Shown: in pieces, positions 37,701 through 49,886 of the stretch
How the letters are laid out: each line of letters starts with the position of its first letter
Numbering within the stretch: the stretch's first letter is position 1
Source: Candidatus Latescibacterota bacterium
Lineage (GTDB): Bacteria; Latescibacterota; UBA2968; GCA-2709665
NCBI GenBank assembly: GCA_965222075.1
Contig: OZ244937.1
Location: 1,344,001-1,408,000, forward strand
DNA: 64,000 nucleotides
Reading direction: 5' to 3'
Position numbers and translations under genes: made by a program
The notes under the pieces: model-generated
The model's input: the letters and a program-made list of their open reading frames with translations, nothing else
Database searches by the model: none
What the model was told of the DNA's origin: nothing

Positions 37701-38996
37701 TTATGGATACAACCGCTGCAGCATCCGGGGAAACGGAATGGTCTCTCGCACGTGCGGCAGCCCGCAGATCCAGGCGACGGTCCGCTCAATACCCAGGCCG
37801 AAGCCCGCATGGGGAACACTACCGTAACGGCGCAGGTCCAGATACCACTGGAAGGGTGCCTCATCAAGTCTGTGTTCGGCGATCTTCCGCCCAAGCTCTT
37901 CCAGGCTGTCTTCCCGCTGTCCGCCGCCGATAATCTCTCCGTATCCTTCAGGTGCCAGCATATCCATGCAAAGGGCCAGCCTCTCATCGTTCGGGTCCGA
38001 CTTCATGTAAAACGCCTTACAGGCCGCCGGGTACCGGTGGACGAGCACCGGCCGGTCGAAGTGTTCCGCCAGCACGGTCTCGTCCTCTCCCCCGAAATCG
38101 TCTCCCCAGGGGTGGTCGACTCCCTCTTTTTTGAGGATTTCAACCGCTTCGGTATACGAGATCCTGGGAAAGGGCTTTGCCACACGCTCCAGGGGGCCCA
38201 GGTCCCGTTCCAGGTACTCCAGCTCTGCCCTGCGCTTTTCCAAGACCCGCTGGACAACCGTGGCCACAAAATCCTCGGCCAGGTCCATATCCCCGTCCAG
38301 GTCCAGGTAGGCCACCTCCGGTTCGACCATCCAGAACTCGGTCAGGTGGCGCCGGGTCTTGGACTTTTCCGCGCGAAAGGTAGGGCCGAAACAGTAGACC
38401 CTCCCAAAGGCCATCGCGCCGGCTTCCATGTAGAGCTGCCCGCTCTGGGTCAGATAGGCCTTCTCATCAAAATAGTCGGTTTCGAACAGGGTGGTGGTCC
38501 CCTCACAGGACGCCGGCGTAAAAACGGGGGCGTCTACCAGCACAAAATTCCGCTCGTCGAAATAATCCCGGCAGGCCTTCACAATTTCACTGCGAACCCT
38601 CAGAATGGCGTGCTGCCTGGACGAGCGCAGCCACAGGTGCCGGTGATCCATCAGAAAGGCCGTGCCGTGCTCCTTGGGGGTGATCGGGTAGGCATCGGCG
38701 ATCTGGACCACCTCCAGACCCAGAACCCCGATCTCGTACCCGGTAGAAGACCGTTTGTCTTCCCGCACAACGCCTCTGATCCGAAGGGAGGACTCCTGGG
38801 TCAGCGCATCGGACCGGTGGAAGACTTCCGGGGAGACCTCCCCCTGAAACACCACGCACTGGATGGTGCCCATACCATCGCGCACCTGAAGGAAGTGGAG
38901 TTTCCCGCTGGACCGCTTGTTATACAGCCATCCCTCCAGGAGGACTTCCTCTCCCTTGTGTTCTCCAACTTCAGCAATCGATATTCGTACGGCCAT
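37701..38996 (-). CDS. asnS: Asparagine--tRNA ligase
   Basis: [48 protein letters not shown]. Confidence 0.93.
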   Translation of the reverse strand: MAVRISIAEVGEHKGEEVLLEGWLYNKRSSGKLHFLQVRDGMGTIQCVVFQGEVSPEVFHRSDALTQESSLRIRGVVREDKRSSTGYEIGVLGLEVVQIADAYPITPKEHGTAFLMDHRHLWLRSSRQHAILRVRSEIVKACRDYFDERNFVLVDAPVFTPASCEGTTTLFETDYFDEKAYLTQSGQLYMEAGAMAFGRVYCFGPTFRAEKSKTRRHLTEFWMVEPEVAYLDLDGDMDLAEDFVATVVQRVLEKRRAELEYLERDLGPLERVAKPFPRISYTEAVEILKKEGVDHPWGDDFGGEDETVLAEHFDRPVLVHRYPAACKAFYMKSDPNDERLALCMDMLAPEGYGEIIGGGQREDSLEELGRKIAEHRLDEAPFQWYLDLRRYGSVPHAGFGLGIERTVAWICGLPHVRETIPFPRMLQRLYP

Positions 38997-39041
38997 TTTA
39001 CGCTCCGGTTTCAAGTAGTGGGTGACGCGTGCCCCACCCCC

Positions 39042-40277
39042 CTATCGTCCAACCGTGATCAGATGCATCCTGTTTTCGTCCATCAGGGCCTTACAGACCT
39101 CCAGGACACCCTCCTGGGTGACCCGGTTGATGGCCACAAGCCATTCTTCCTGAGAGTGATAACGCCCCGTATAGACCTCCTCCCTGGCGATTCGACCCAT
39201 CCGCCTGTCCATGCTTTCATACCCCAGGATGAGTTCCCCCCGAATCTGGGCCTTACAGCTTTCCAGCTCTTCTTTTGAAATCCCTTCCCGTCTGAATCTG
39301 GAGAGTTCGGAACGGACGATTTCGATCGATTGCTCTGCACGCGCCCGGTCGCAGGCCAGGTAGATCCCGAACAGGCCGGTGTCTTCCAGCGCCTCCAGGT
39401 AGGAATAGACGGCGTAGGCCAGCCCAAGGCGTTCCCGTACATGTTGAAACAGCCGGGAACTCATCCCCCCTCCCAGGGCTGTATTGGCAACCAAAAGGTC
39501 GTACTGTTGGGGGTGTGTGTAGGCATAGGCCGTTGTGCCCAGACAGATGTGGGTCTGCCCGACATCGCGCTGGTAATGGCGCTCCGTCCGCACCACCTCT
39601 GTGGGCCGCTCTCTGACCAGCCGGGGTCCGGCCGCTCCGGATGATTTGAAGAGCCGGCATACCATATCCACCAAACGATCGTGATCCAGGTTACCTGCGG
39701 CCGAGATCACCATCCTGTCGGGACGGTAGGTGCGGTCGAGGTAGCCCCGGAGGGCCTCCCCGGTAAAGGCGCGTACCGTCTCTGGGGTGCCCAGGATAGG
39801 CGCCCCCACCGGATGCCGCCCCCAGACGGATCTGGCAAACAGATCGTGAACCAGGTCTTCGGGGGTGTCCTCCACATTTTGGATTTCCTCCAGGACCACC
39901 CCTTTTTCTTTTTGGATCTCTCCAGCATCCAGGCGCGGGTTTTGAAGCATGTCCAGAAGGACATCCAGCGCCACGCCTAAGTGTTCATCCAGGCACCGCG
40001 CATAAAAGCAGGTGAGATCCCGGTAGGTGAACGCATCCAGGCTCCCCCCCAGGGACTCCAGGCTGTGGACAATTTGGAAGGCATCCCGCTTTTGGGTGCC
40101 TTTAAAGAGCATGTGTTCCAGAAAATGGGAGATCCCGCGCTCTGCGTCTCTTTCGTCCCGAGACCCCACCTGCACCCAGGTTCCAAGGGAGATGGACCGA
40201 ACAAAAGGAACCTGCTCGGTCAGGATTCGGAGACCATTGTCCAGCTTTGTTTTTCGAAAACTCCCGCCTGGGGCCAC
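39042..40277 (-). CDS. M16 (pitrilysin) family peptidase
   Basis: HFLEHMLFKG inverzincin motif, GGGMSSRLFQ. Confidence 0.9.
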   Translation of the reverse strand: MAPGGSFRKTKLDNGLRILTEQVPFVRSISLGTWVQVGSRDERDAERGISHFLEHMLFKGTQKRDAFQIVHSLESLGGSLDAFTYRDLTCFYARCLDEHLGVALDVLLDMLQNPRLDAGEIQKEKGVVLEEIQNVEDTPEDLVHDLFARSVWGRHPVGAPILGTPETVRAFTGEALRGYLDRTYRPDRMVISAAGNLDHDRLVDMVCRLFKSSGAAGPRLVRERPTEVVRTERHYQRDVGQTHICLGTTAYAYTHPQQYDLLVANTALGGGMSSRLFQHVRERLGLAYAVYSYLEALEDTGLFGIYLACDRARAEQSIEIVRSELSRFRREGISKEELESCKAQIRGELILGYESMDRRMGRIAREEVYTGRYHSQEEWLVAINRVTQEGVLEVCKALMDENRMHLITVGR

Positions 40278-40292
40278 AGGATAATCCCTCCG

Positions 40293-40326
40293 ACCTGCCT
40301 GCGCCGGAGACTGCTCGGCAGGCAGG
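40293..40326. repeat. Short palindromic element ACCTGCCTG...CAGGCAGG
   Basis: Related to 5599-5633 and 14992-15029. Confidence 0.65.
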
Positions 40327-40401
40327 AAACTTTGCTTTAAAGCGAAAAAGACGACCGGGGAAATTCCGATCGCCTTCTCCTCACCGGTCCAAACAGGCCA
40401 G

Positions 40402-42549
40402 TTACCGTCGGTTTGGTCGTCTCACCCCCCTCCCCCCTCTGGGACGTTGATCTCCGGGGGGGGGAACATAGCCCTCTGGGGGTTCGAACGTGGCCTTCCG
40501 GCTCAGCCGGATCTTGCCCTGCTCATCGATCCCGATCACCTTCACCTGCGTTCTGTCGCCCTCTTCCAGGACGTCCTCCACCTTTCGCACGCGATGGTAG
40601 TCCAGTTCGGAGATGTGGCACAGGCCCTCTTTCCCGGGCAGGATCTCGATGAAGGCCCCAAAGTCCATCACCCGCTTTACCTGACCTTCGTACATCTTGC
40701 CGACCTCCGGATCTTCCACCAGCGCCCGGATCATCCGCATCGCCTTTTCTCCGGCTTCCGCATCCACCGAGCTTACCGTAACCAGCCCGTCGTCTTCCAC
40801 GGCAACCGTCGCACCGGTCTCTTCGATACCCCGTATGGTCTTTCCACCCGGGCCGATCACCGCGCCGATTTTGGAGGAATCGATCCGCAGCGACAGGATG
40901 CGGGGCGCGTACTGCGAGAGCGCCTTGCGGGGCTCGGAAATGGCCTCGTTCATAATCCCGAGGATGTGGCTGAGGGCCTCGCGGGCCCGGCCGAAGGCCT
41001 CCTGCATAATATCAAAGCTGATGCCTTTGATCTTGATATCCATCTGGATGGCCGTCATCCCCTCGGCGGTCCCGGTGATCTTTAAATCCATGTCCCCCAG
41101 GTGATCTTCGGCCCCCAGGATATCGGTCAACACCACCCACCTGTCTCCTTCCATCACCAGACCCACGCCCGCCCCGGCAACAGGGGTTTTAATGGGCACC
41201 CCCGCATCCATCAACGCCAGCGCCCCCCCGCAGACCGTGGCCATCGAGGAGGAGCTGTTGGACTCCAGGATCTCCGAGACGGTCCGGATTGTGTAGGGAA
41301 AGTATTCCTCGGAAGGGATCACGGGTTCCAGCCCCTTCTCGGCCAGGGCGCCATGCCCGATCTCCCGGCGTCCCGGTGCGCCAATCCGTCTGGTTTCTCC
41401 GACACTGTAGGAGGGAAAGTTGTAATCTACCATGAAACTCTTAAACGACTTGCCCTCCAGGTCGTCCACCATCCGCGTATCCATCTTGCTGCCAAGCGTC
41501 GCCACACACAGGGCCTGGGTCTGCCCGCGGGTAAAAATCGCCGATCCGTGTGCGCGGGGCAAAACGCCCAGTTCGATGGTAATCGGACGCACCTCGTCCA
41601 GTGCGCGGCCATCAATACGGCGCCCCTCCTCTAAGATCATCCGGCGCATATCGGCCTTTTCGATCATGGAGATTTCATCTGCAATCGCCCCCTCCGATCC
41701 GGGAAACGATTCGGCCAGCCGTTCCTGCACCTCCACAACCAGCTGGCCGAGGGCGCTGTCCCGGTCTTCCTTGACCGGCAGCCGGTTGGCATCCACCACC
41801 CGCCCTTCTGCCAGTTCCCTCACCTCCACAACCAGCGCTTCGTTGAGCTCGGGCTCTACCACTTCACGCTTGGGTTTGCCGCAACGGGCAACCAGCTCAC
41901 CCTGGAGATCGATTATTTTGACGATGGCCTGATGGGCAACCTTGAGCGCTTCTAAGATGTCGGCCTCCGGGACCTCGTGGCATTCTCCTTCTACGGAGAT
42001 GATCGACTCCCGACTGCCGGAAACCACAATATTGATATCGCTCTCTTCAAGCTGGTCGTAGGTCGGGCTGACCACGTATTCCCCCCCGACTCGCCCCACC
42101 CGAACGGCCCCGATTGGTCCCTCAAAAGGAATATCGGAGAGACATATCGCCGCCGATGCGCCCGTCATGGCCAGCACGGCGGGATCGTTGTCCTGGTCGT
42201 AGGAGAGGACTGCAACCAGCACCTGCGTATCGTAGGAAAACGCCCTGGGAAAAAGCGGCCGGATCTGGTGGTCAATCAGCCTGGCGTTCAGCTTTTCGGT
42301 TGTCGACGGCGCGCCTTCCCGTTTGAAGAAATTCCCAGGGATTCGCCCGCCGGCATAGGTTTTTTCCCGGTAATCTACCATGAGTGGAAAAAAGTCACCC
42401 TCAAACTCCCTGTGATCTGCAACAGCCGCCACGATGACCACGGTATCGCCGTAGCGCATCCACACGGCACCGTGCGCCTGTTTGGCCACACGGCCTGTCT
42501 CGATGGACAGCGTACGCCCCTCCAACTCCATCTCTACTTTCTCAATCAT
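40402..42549 (-). CDS. pnp: Polyribonucleotide nucleotidyltransferase
   Basis: [16 protein letters not shown] and S1 domains. Confidence 0.95.
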   Translation of the reverse strand: MIEKVEMELEGRTLSIETGRVAKQAHGAVWMRYGDTVVIVAAVADHREFEGDFFPLMVDYREKTYAGGRIPGNFFKREGAPSTTEKLNARLIDHQIRPLFPRAFSYDTQVLVAVLSYDQDNDPAVLAMTGASAAICLSDIPFEGPIGAVRVGRVGGEYVVSPTYDQLEESDINIVVSGSRESIISVEGECHEVPEADILEALKVAHQAIVKIIDLQGELVARCGKPKREVVEPELNEALVVEVRELAEGRVVDANRLPVKEDRDSALGQLVVEVQERLAESFPGSEGAIADEISMIEKADMRRMILEEGRRIDGRALDEVRPITIELGVLPRAHGSAIFTRGQTQALCVATLGSKMDTRMVDDLEGKSFKSFMVDYNFPSYSVGETRRIGAPGRREIGHGALAEKGLEPVIPSEEYFPYTIRTVSEILESNSSSSMATVCGGALALMDAGVPIKTPVAGAGVGLVMEGDRWVVLTDILGAEDHLGDMDLKITGTAEGMTAIQMDIKIKGISFDIMQEAFGRAREALSHILGIMNEAISEPRKALSQYAPRILSLRIDSSKIGAVIGPGGKTIRGIEETGATVAVEDDGLVTVSSVDAEAGEKAMRMIRALVEDPEVGKMYEGQVKRVMDFGAFIEILPGKEGLCHISELDYHRVRKVEDVLEEGDRTQVKVIGIDEQGKIRLSRKATFEPPEGYVPPPGDQRPRGGRGVRRPNRR

Positions 42550-42667
42550 CCACACATTCCTCCTGAAAATACACGTCTGGGCATCTGGTAACGTCCGGCG
42601 CTTCCGCACGTTAGAGGGGAGTGTTTATGCCCTGCGTTTTGTCTGCCCTGACCACCACCGCGAACAA

Positions 42668-42937
42668 TCAACCTCGAATGCCGAGCTTGTCGATCAGTTC
42701 CCGATAGCCACTCAGATTCCTCCGCTGCATGTACCTCATCAGACGGCGGCGCTGCCCGACCAGTTTGAGGAGACCGCGGCGGGAGTGGTGGTCTTTCTTG
42801 TGGGTTTGAAAATGCTCGGTTAAGTTGCGGATACGCTCTGTCAGCAGGGCGATCTGCGCCTCTGTGGAACCGGTATCTTCCGCCCTGCTGGAAAAGACTT
42901 CGATCAGTTCCGACTTCTTCTCCCTGGTTAATGCCAA
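42668..42937 (-). CDS. rpsO: 30S ribosomal protein S15
   Basis: [29 protein letters not shown]; TTG start behind GGAGG. Confidence 0.95.
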   Translation of the reverse strand: MALTREKKSELIEVFSSRAEDTGSTEAQIALLTERIRNLTEHFQTHKKDHHSRRGLLKLVGQRRRLMRYMQRRNLSGYRELIDKLGIRG

Positions 42938-42941
42938 TGTT

Positions 42942-43895
42942 CTACCTCCGCAAAAGGGTTGTATCGACGTGTGATAACACATCCCGGGCGGCTTCCAGGT
43001 CGTTTTTTATCTGTGCGATCAGCGCGGCTGGGGTTTCAAACCGCTGCTCACCTCGAATCCGATGCACCAGTTCCAATGTGAGCCGTTGACCGTAGAGATC
43101 CCCCTCGAAACCGAGGAGATGAGCTTCCAGGGCGCGGGACCTGCCGTTGAATGTGGGACGATAGCCCAGGTTTAACACTGCGTCGCATCGATCCCCGGAC
43201 GGGAGATAGGCAAAGGCCGCATAGACCCCATCCGGAGGCATCAGCTTGCCCGGCTCCTCGATGGCCAGATTGGCCGTGGGAACCCCCAGCGTCCGACCCC
43301 GGCCATCCCCGCGCACGACCCGTCCGGCAACCGGATACCCACCTCCCAGGAGCCGACAGGCGGCTTCCAGATTTCCCTCTGTCACAAGCCGCCGGATGCG
43401 CGTACTGCTCACGGGTTTCCCATCGACCAGAACCGGCGGAACCGACCTGACTTCGAAACCGAAATCACGTCCCAAAGCCTGCATGGTCTCCAGGCCGCCG
43501 CTGCGGCCCTTCCCAAACCCGTGGTCATAGCCTACCACGACAACCTGCGCCTGCAGACGCCGAACCAGGTAGTCCTCAACAAACGCCTCCGGGCTTAACT
43601 CCCGCAGCGCCTGCGTAAAGGCCACAACCCCCAGCAGATCGATTCCCAGCGGGGCAACACGCCGCACCTTTTCCTCAAGCGAGGTGAGAATACCGGGGGC
43701 CTGCGTGGGGTCAATGATGGTCCGTGGATGGGGATCGAAGGTAGCCACCACCCCGGTTCCCTTCCGGGACGCAGCCTCGGCACAGACGGCTTCCAGGACG
43801 GCAACGTGTCCCAGGTGTACGCCGTCGCATTGGCCCACCGTTACCACGGGAGCAGGGAGGTCCAGAGGCGTCTCAAGGGTGATAATGCGCATCAT
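42942..43895 (-). CDS. ribF: Bifunctional riboflavin kinase/FAD synthetase
   Basis: [28 protein letters not shown]. Confidence 0.92.
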   Translation of the reverse strand: MMRIITLETPLDLPAPVVTVGQCDGVHLGHVAVLEAVCAEAASRKGTGVVATFDPHPRTIIDPTQAPGILTSLEEKVRRVAPLGIDLLGVVAFTQALRELSPEAFVEDYLVRRLQAQVVVVGYDHGFGKGRSGGLETMQALGRDFGFEVRSVPPVLVDGKPVSSTRIRRLVTEGNLEAACRLLGGGYPVAGRVVRGDGRGRTLGVPTANLAIEEPGKLMPPDGVYAAFAYLPSGDRCDAVLNLGYRPTFNGRSRALEAHLLGFEGDLYGQRLTLELVHRIRGEQRFETPAALIAQIKNDLEAARDVLSHVDTTLLRR

Positions 43896-44803
43896 GCAGC
43901 TGGTTGGCGTTTCAGGCGCTGGAAGACACGTACCGGCTTTAATACCGCCCCATCGGCCGTCCACCGCCCAATACCCAAAAGCGATCCTTTCGGATCAAGC
44001 GCCCGAACCAGATCGCTGGATTGGATTCCTACCTCCCGGATGCCGGCAACGGGGGTTCCATGGACAAACCTCCGAATCTGATCGGAAGTCAAATGGAGAC
44101 CGGGCATGTGTCCAAGGGCCCGGTTGGGGTCGATCAGGTGTTCTTCAATCCTCCCCTCTGAACACAACACCTGCAGGTCCTCCAGGGGGGTACAGTGATC
44201 CAGCCCGATCTTGCCCACAGCCGTGCGCCTCAAGGCGGTAAGATGCCCACCGCATCCCAGTTTGCGGCCAATATCATCTGCCAGGGCCCGTATATAACAC
44301 CCTTTGGAACAGGAAACCGTCAGATCCAGCAAAGGGGGGACAAATCGTTCGATATCTATCCGGTAGATGCTCACCCGATGGGCTTTGCGGGGTACCTCCT
44401 GTCCGGCCCTGGCCAACTGATAGAGCCGCTTTCCTGCGACTTTTCGAGCCGAAAACATCGGCGGGATCTGTTCGATTTCCCCAACGAACCTCCGCACAAC
44501 CTGAAAGACCACGCCTCGATCGGCGGGAACGTGATCCGAGCGGGCGATCACCGCTCCGTCCGCGTCTAAGGTATCGGTGGAAATCCCGAGCCGGATGCGG
44601 GCCCGGTAGCATTTGTCCTGATCGGTCAAAAACGAACTGAGCCGGGTCGATTGCCCCAAACAGAGTACCAGCACGCCCGTTGCAATCGGATCCAGTGTGC
44701 CTGTGTGTCCGGCCTTGCGAACCTGGAGCGTGCAGCGCACCCGATCAACCACATCGTGAGATGTCCATCCCTGAGGTTTATCAACCGGCAAAAGCCCGTT
44801 CAG
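43892..44803 (-). CDS. truB: tRNA pseudouridine(55) synthase
   Basis: DKPQGWTSHDVV, GHTGTLDP, QIPPMFSA; start codon uncertain (44791-44809). Confidence 0.92.
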   Translation of the reverse strand: MNGLLPVDKPQGWTSHDVVDRVRCTLQVRKAGHTGTLDPIATGVLVLCLGQSTRLSSFLTDQDKCYRARIRLGISTDTLDADGAVIARSDHVPADRGVVFQVVRRFVGEIEQIPPMFSARKVAGKRLYQLARAGQEVPRKAHRVSIYRIDIERFVPPLLDLTVSCSKGCYIRALADDIGRKLGCGGHLTALRRTAVGKIGLDHCTPLEDLQVLCSEGRIEEHLIDPNRALGHMPGLHLTSDQIRRFVHGTPVAGIREVGIQSSDLVRALDPKGSLLGIGRWTADGAVLKPVRVFQRLKRQPAA

Positions 44804-44820
44804 AGCGATGGATACCCCTC

Positions 44821-45153
44821 CTACTTCAGGCTGTCCAGGAGCCGGTTGATCCGGGCGCCCCGCTCGATGGAATCGTCGTAGGCAAACAGGAGTTCCGGGG
44901 TATGGCGCAAACGGATGCGCCTCCCAAGCTCCCTGCGCAAATAGGCACCGGCATGGGTGAGGGCTTTCAGGGTCTCTTCACGGGCGGTCGCATCCCCCAT
45001 AACACTCACATAAACCCTGGCCGTCCGCAGATCCTGGGTCATGTCAACGCCGGTAAGGGTGACAAAACCCAGGCGGGGGTCTTTGAGCCGCTTGTGAACA
45101 AGCTCGCTGAGGACTTCCTGAATCTGTCGCGCAACACTGTTCGGGCGCCACAT
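44821..45153 (-). CDS. rbfA: Ribosome-binding factor A
   Basis: LKDPRLGFVT, DLRTARVYVS, LRHTPEL.F..D.SIE. Confidence 0.92.
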   Translation of the reverse strand: MWRPNSVARQIQEVLSELVHKRLKDPRLGFVTLTGVDMTQDLRTARVYVSVMGDATAREETLKALTHAGAYLRRELGRRIRLRHTPELLFAYDDSIERGARINRLLDSLK

Positions 45154-45434
45154 CAGATCATTTCCAAAGAATAATCCACCAACGCTACCCTGGCGTCTGT
45201 TTGAACCAGGTCAACGACCTTGGAGAGAACCTGGTTGGCATGGCGAGACTCGTTGGATACAACCGCCACACCCAGCACGGCTTTCTGCCACAGGTCGTTA
45301 TCGCTCAGTTCCGAAATCGACACGTTGAATTTATTTCGGACACGCGTGCGAATACTTTTCAGGATGCTGCGCTTGCTCTTGAGAGAACCGCTCTGGGGCA
45401 AATAAAGCACCAGGCGGCACAGTCCGATGGTCAT
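45153..45434 (-). CDS. DUF503 family protein
   Basis: SLKSKRS, KFNVSISE, DLWQ; usual position between infB and rbfA. Confidence 0.85.
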   Translation of the reverse strand: MTIGLCRLVLYLPQSGSLKSKRSILKSIRTRVRNKFNVSISELSDNDLWQKAVLGVAVVSNESRHANQVLSKVVDLVQTDARVALVDYSLEMI

Positions 45435-45437
45435 AGG

Positions 45438-47903
45438 CTACAAGGTCCGCGCGGTCTCCACCAGTTTATAGGCCTCGATCACGTCGCCGACTTTGATATC
45501 GTTGAAGTTCTCAACCGCAATGCCGCATTCAAATTCGGCCTGGACTTCCCGCACGTCGTCTTTAAAGCGCCTGAGGGAGTCGATCTGCCCTTCGTTGATC
45601 ACCACATTGTCCCGAAGCACCCTGATCAGGGAATTCCGGTTGATCATACCCTCTGCAATATAGCACCCGGCAATGGTCCCCACGCTTGAAACCTGGAAGG
45701 TTTCCCGGACCTCGGCCGTGCCGACAATCTGTTCTTCTACAGCGGGTTTCAGCAGGCCGGACAGGGCCGCTTTCACATCCTCAACCACTTCGTAGATCAC
45801 CCGATAGAGACGAATATCCACCTGCTCCTGCGCAGCGACCTCCCGTGCCCGGGCATCGGGCCTGATGTTAAACCCGATAATAATGGCATCAGACGCCGAG
45901 GCCAAGAGCACGTCCGACTCCGAGATGGCGCCGACCCCCCGGTGAATCACGTTCAAGCGGACCTCTTCGCTGGATATCTGAGAGAGGGAATCATCAAGGG
46001 CCTCGACCGATCCGCTCACATCGCCTTTGAGGATCAGGCGCAATTCCTGGATCTTACCCGCCCGGATCTGATCGTGGATATCGACCAGGCTGACCCGCTT
46101 GCCTCTGTGGACCTCCCGCGCCCGTCGAAGCTGTTGCCGTTTTTGACTGACCTCCCGCGCCTGGCGCTCGTTTTCCACCACGTGAAACGAATCCCCCGCC
46201 TGGGGTAGCCCAGCCAGCCCCAGAACCTGAATAGGCTCTGAAGGACCGGCCGCTTCAACGGGGCGACTCCGCTCATCCAGCATAGCCCGCACCCGGCCGT
46301 TGTAGAGGCCCGTGACAAACGGATCGCCAACATGGAGGGTGCCGCTTTGGACCAGAACGGTCGCCACATTGCCCCGCCCCCGGTCCAGCCGGGCCTCCAC
46401 AATGGTGCCTTTGACGCGCTTGTCCGGGTTGGCTTTCAATTCCAGGATGTCAGTCTCCAACGCCAGCAATTCCAGCAGGTTGCCCACATTCTGCCCGGTT
46501 TTGGCGGAGATTTCACAGCACTGGACCTTGCCCCCGTAGTCCTCGACCAGTACATTGTGCTCGGTCAGCTGCCGCTTGATCTTGTCTACATCCACATTTG
46601 GCAGGTCTATCTTATTGATCGCCAGCGCAATGGGCACACCGGCGGCCCGGGCATGGTCGATGGCCTCAACGGTCTGAGGCATCACATTGTCGTCTGCGGC
46701 CACCACCAGCACCACAACATCGGTCACCTGCGCCCCCCGGGCGCGCATGGCAGTGAAGGCCTCGTGTCCGGGGGTGTCTAAGAACGTCACTGTTCGCCCA
46801 CCCTTCACCTGGACGTGGTAGGCGCCGATATGCTGGGTGATCCCCCCCGCTTCACCGGCAACCACGTTCGTGTCCCGGATGTAGTCCAGCAACGAGGTTT
46901 TGCCATGATCGACATGGCCCATGATGGTTACCACCGGAGGCCTGGGCAGCAGGTCACCTTCGGCGTCTTCGTCTGTCTCCTCCAGGACCTCTTCGATATA
47001 CTCATCGAGCTCTTCCACGTCAAACCCGAACTCGTAAGCAACCAGCGTGATCGTGTCCAGGTCGAGCCGCTGGTTGATGGTCGCCATCATCCCCATTTGG
47101 AGGCATTGTTTGATGACCTCAGTGGGGGGCACATCCATCAGACCGGCGAGTTCGCCAACCGTGGTAAACTCGCTCACCTTCAGGACACGATCTTCTGTCT
47201 CTTCCTCCGGGGTCCCATCTTCCCGACTGCGCCGTCTCCGGGGGCGAGAGGCCCCCGCCTCCATCTGGGCCATGGTCCGCCGGACGCTTTCCTCCACCTC
47301 CTTCTGATCCACAACCGGTCGACCGCGCCGCCGTTTTCGCTTCCGCCCGGCGCCTCGACCTGCCGAAACGACGGACGTTGGAGTCGGTTTACCGCCTACC
47401 GGTGGGGACAAAGGCGTCCTCTTGCTGCTGTCTTCAACCACAGGGAGGACTTCCTGCCGTCCGGAAGTCCGTTTCCGACGCCGACGTTTTGGCCTGGCCT
47501 CCTGTTCTCCTTTTGTAGATCCCTCTTCCTTCCTGGTTTGAGCGCGGGGCTTTTGAGTCTGTTTCTGTTTGGCCTGTTTGGCCTGTTTGGCCTGTTTGGC
47601 CTCTGCGACCGCTTCTGATTTCTCCCGCTCTTCCCGTTCCTTTTTTTGCGTGGCCTTGCGCTTCATCTCCTGCCGGGAGGCCTGTCGCTCTTCTTCGAAC
47701 TTTTGCTGAACGCTTTCAAACATCTCCGACGTGCAAATGGCCATATGGTTCTTAATATCGTACCCCAACCCCCTGACCACCTCAACCATTGCAACGCTGG
47801 AGAGATTGAATTCCCGAGCAATTTCGTAAATCCGTTTTTTCTTGGCATCGTCCACGTTTACTTTAGCCGATGGTTGGGCGAATTTCCTCATCCTGGTCGC
47901 CAA
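45438..47903 (-). CDS. infB: Translation initiation factor IF-2
   Basis: [20 protein letters not shown]; start uncertain (47891-47903). Confidence 0.95.
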   Translation of the reverse strand: MATRMRKFAQPSAKVNVDDAKKKRIYEIAREFNLSSVAMVEVVRGLGYDIKNHMAICTSEMFESVQQKFEEERQASRQEMKRKATQKKEREEREKSEAVAEAKQAKQAKQAKQKQTQKPRAQTRKEEGSTKGEQEARPKRRRRKRTSGRQEVLPVVEDSSKRTPLSPPVGGKPTPTSVVSAGRGAGRKRKRRRGRPVVDQKEVEESVRRTMAQMEAGASRPRRRRSREDGTPEEETEDRVLKVSEFTTVGELAGLMDVPPTEVIKQCLQMGMMATINQRLDLDTITLVAYEFGFDVEELDEYIEEVLEETDEDAEGDLLPRPPVVTIMGHVDHGKTSLLDYIRDTNVVAGEAGGITQHIGAYHVQVKGGRTVTFLDTPGHEAFTAMRARGAQVTDVVVLVVAADDNVMPQTVEAIDHARAAGVPIALAINKIDLPNVDVDKIKRQLTEHNVLVEDYGGKVQCCEISAKTGQNVGNLLELLALETDILELKANPDKRVKGTIVEARLDRGRGNVATVLVQSGTLHVGDPFVTGLYNGRVRAMLDERSRPVEAAGPSEPIQVLGLAGLPQAGDSFHVVENERQAREVSQKRQQLRRAREVHRGKRVSLVDIHDQIRAGKIQELRLILKGDVSGSVEALDDSLSQISSEEVRLNVIHRGVGAISESDVLLASASDAIIIGFNIRPDARAREVAAQEQVDIRLYRVIYEVVEDVKAALSGLLKPAVEEQIVGTAEVRETFQVSSVGTIAGCYIAEGMINRNSLIRVLRDNVVINEGQIDSLRRFKDDVREVQAEFECGIAVENFNDIKVGDVIEAYKLVETARTL

Positions 47904-47907
47904 TATG

Positions 47908-49278
47908 CTATTCACCTCCTTCTGATTCGGGCGCGGCTTCGGAAGGCTCACCGGCTGCGCTCTCTTCGGCCCTTGCAGCCTCCGCCGCCTCCTTCTCCTT
48001 TCTCTGCTCTTCTCGATAGGCCTTGACCTTTAAGGAGACGATCTCTCGGGCCACAGACTGAATTTTCTCGGCAGTGGCTTCACCGATACCGGGAACTTCA
48101 AGAAGCCTGGACAGCGAGGCCTCCGCGACATCGTTGGCCGAAGCGACCCCCGCTGTCTTCAGGCGCTCCCGCATGACCTTTCCAACGCCGGAGACCTCGC
48201 TTAAAGGCACAAAGGTCGCGGCCTTTTCTTCCTGGATCTCCTGGAATTTCGTCTCCGTAATAATGTCAATCTTCCACCCTGTCAACTGGGACGCCAACCG
48301 GGCATTCTGACCCGATTTCCCAATGGCCAACGAGAGCTGGTCGTCTTCCACGATGGCCGTCATCCACTTCTCCCTGCGGTCGACCACCACCCGCTTGACC
48401 ACAGCCGGGCCGAGGGCCCGAGAAAGGAAGATGGCCTCGTCTTCGCTCCAGGCGACAATGTCGATACGCTCGTTGCTCAACTCCCGGACAACCGCCTGCA
48501 CCCGGGATCCCTTCATCCCCACACACGCCCCCACCGGGTCGATCCGGTCATCGTTGGAGTAAACGGCGATCTTGGCCCGCGCTCCTGGTTCCCGCGCCAC
48601 GGCCTTGACCTCGATAATGCCTTCGTAGATTTCGGGGACCTCGAACTGAAAGAGCTTCACCAGGAAGGTGGGATGGGTCCTGGAGAGCACCACCTGGGGC
48701 CCCTTCGAGGTGCGCAGCACATCGATCAGATAGGCCCGAAGGGGGTCCCCCTGGCGGTACCGCTCTTTTCGAATCTGTTCCTTGAGCGGGACCACCGCCT
48801 CGGTCCGCCCCAGGTTAATCAGGATATCCCCGTGGCTGATCTGCTGTACCGTCCCACTGACAATCTCGCCGATCCGCCCCCGATAGTCTTCATAAATCCG
48901 CTCCCGTTCCGCCTCTCGCACCCGCTGGATCAGGATCTGCTTGGCCGATTGAATCGCATTGCGCCCAAAGTCGGCAAAATGCAGCTCCTCTTTAATCTGC
49001 TGGCCGACCCTGGCTTTGGGGACGATCTCGTGGGCAGCCGACAGGCCAATCTGCAAACCCGGTTCTTCGACCGCGTCATCTTCTACAACCTCTTTGTTCG
49101 CAAAGATCTGAATGTTCCCCGAAACGCTATCGATCTGGACCTCTACGTTATCGGACATGCCAAACCGCTTTTTGGCGGCAGAGAGAAGGCCGATTTCCAG
49201 GGTCTCGATGACCAGTTCCCGGTTGACGTTCTTCTCCTGGGCAATCTGCCCCAACGCTTCCAGAATTTCGTAGTTCAA
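47908..49278 (-). CDS. nusA: Transcription termination factor NusA
   Basis: S1 and KH domains, DPVGACVGMKGSRV, AIGKSGQNARLA. Confidence 0.95.
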   Translation of the reverse strand: MNYEILEALGQIAQEKNVNRELVIETLEIGLLSAAKKRFGMSDNVEVQIDSVSGNIQIFANKEVVEDDAVEEPGLQIGLSAAHEIVPKARVGQQIKEELHFADFGRNAIQSAKQILIQRVREAERERIYEDYRGRIGEIVSGTVQQISHGDILINLGRTEAVVPLKEQIRKERYRQGDPLRAYLIDVLRTSKGPQVVLSRTHPTFLVKLFQFEVPEIYEGIIEVKAVAREPGARAKIAVYSNDDRIDPVGACVGMKGSRVQAVVRELSNERIDIVAWSEDEAIFLSRALGPAVVKRVVVDRREKWMTAIVEDDQLSLAIGKSGQNARLASQLTGWKIDIITETKFQEIQEEKAATFVPLSEVSGVGKVMRERLKTAGVASANDVAEASLSRLLEVPGIGEATAEKIQSVAREIVSLKVKAYREEQRKEKEAAEAARAEESAAGEPSEAAPESEGGE

Positions 49279-49290
49279 AACACCCTCTCC

Positions 49291-49740
49291 TCAAAAGTCG
49301 AAGTGGAGATTGGCCTTTCTGACCTCGGCACGGGAGATACGGCCTACCTCACCGTTGATTGTGAGGGCCAACTCTGCGCCATTACAGGACACCAGGGTAC
49401 CCGTAAGCACCCCCCGCCCTTCAACAACCAGCCGAACATCCTGCCCCACCGCCCGCTGATAATCCCGCTCCGATTTTAACGCCCGGTTCAAGCCAGGTGA
49501 AGAGACTTCCAGTGTGTAGCTCCCATCAATGGGATCGTGCGTATCCAAAAGATCCTCCAGGCCCCGACTCAGGGCCGCACACTCACCAATGGTGATCCCC
49601 TCCGGACGGTCGGCATAGATGCGGAGCATCCTGCGGCGCGGATTTCCGGACAACAAAAGCTCAACAAATTCCACACCGCGCTCCTCCAGGAACCCCCCCA
49701 CCAGCCGTTCGATAGACTTATGCAGCGCCAGGTTATCCAT
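49291..49740 (-). CDS. rimP: Ribosome maturation factor RimP
   Basis: YTLEVSSPGLNR; upstream of nusA. Confidence 0.92.
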   Translation of the reverse strand: MDNLALHKSIERLVGGFLEERGVEFVELLLSGNPRRRMLRIYADRPEGITIGECAALSRGLEDLLDTHDPIDGSYTLEVSSPGLNRALKSERDYQRAVGQDVRLVVEGRGVLTGTLVSCNGAELALTINGEVGRISRAEVRKANLHFDF

Positions 49741-49777
49741 AAACCGGACTCGGTCTTTTCAAAGTGACCTATATACT

Positions 49778-49803
49778 CAAAAGAGTGGGCACCGGCCCAC
49801 TCT
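49778..49803 (-). promoter_or_regulatory. rimP-leader-like attenuator hairpin
   Basis: AGAGTGGGC-cggt-GCCCACTCT followed by T-run, between promoter and rimP. Confidence 0.65.
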
Positions 49804-49818
49804 CGCCTCAGAATCGTA

Positions 49819-49847
49819 AATATATAATATTCTATGAAATAGCGCAA
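49819..49847 (-). promoter_or_regulatory. Sigma70-like promoter of the rimP-nusA-infB operon
   Basis: Minus strand TTGCGC-17-TATATT. Confidence 0.55.
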
Positions 49848-49886
49848 GGGAGAAATGGGTTTTTCCAGGACGTTTTTGCATGCCGA

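Noticed and set aside
47563-47602. 9-bp tandem repeat in infB
   Set aside because: In-frame AKQ repeat in the variable IF-2 N-terminus; ordinary
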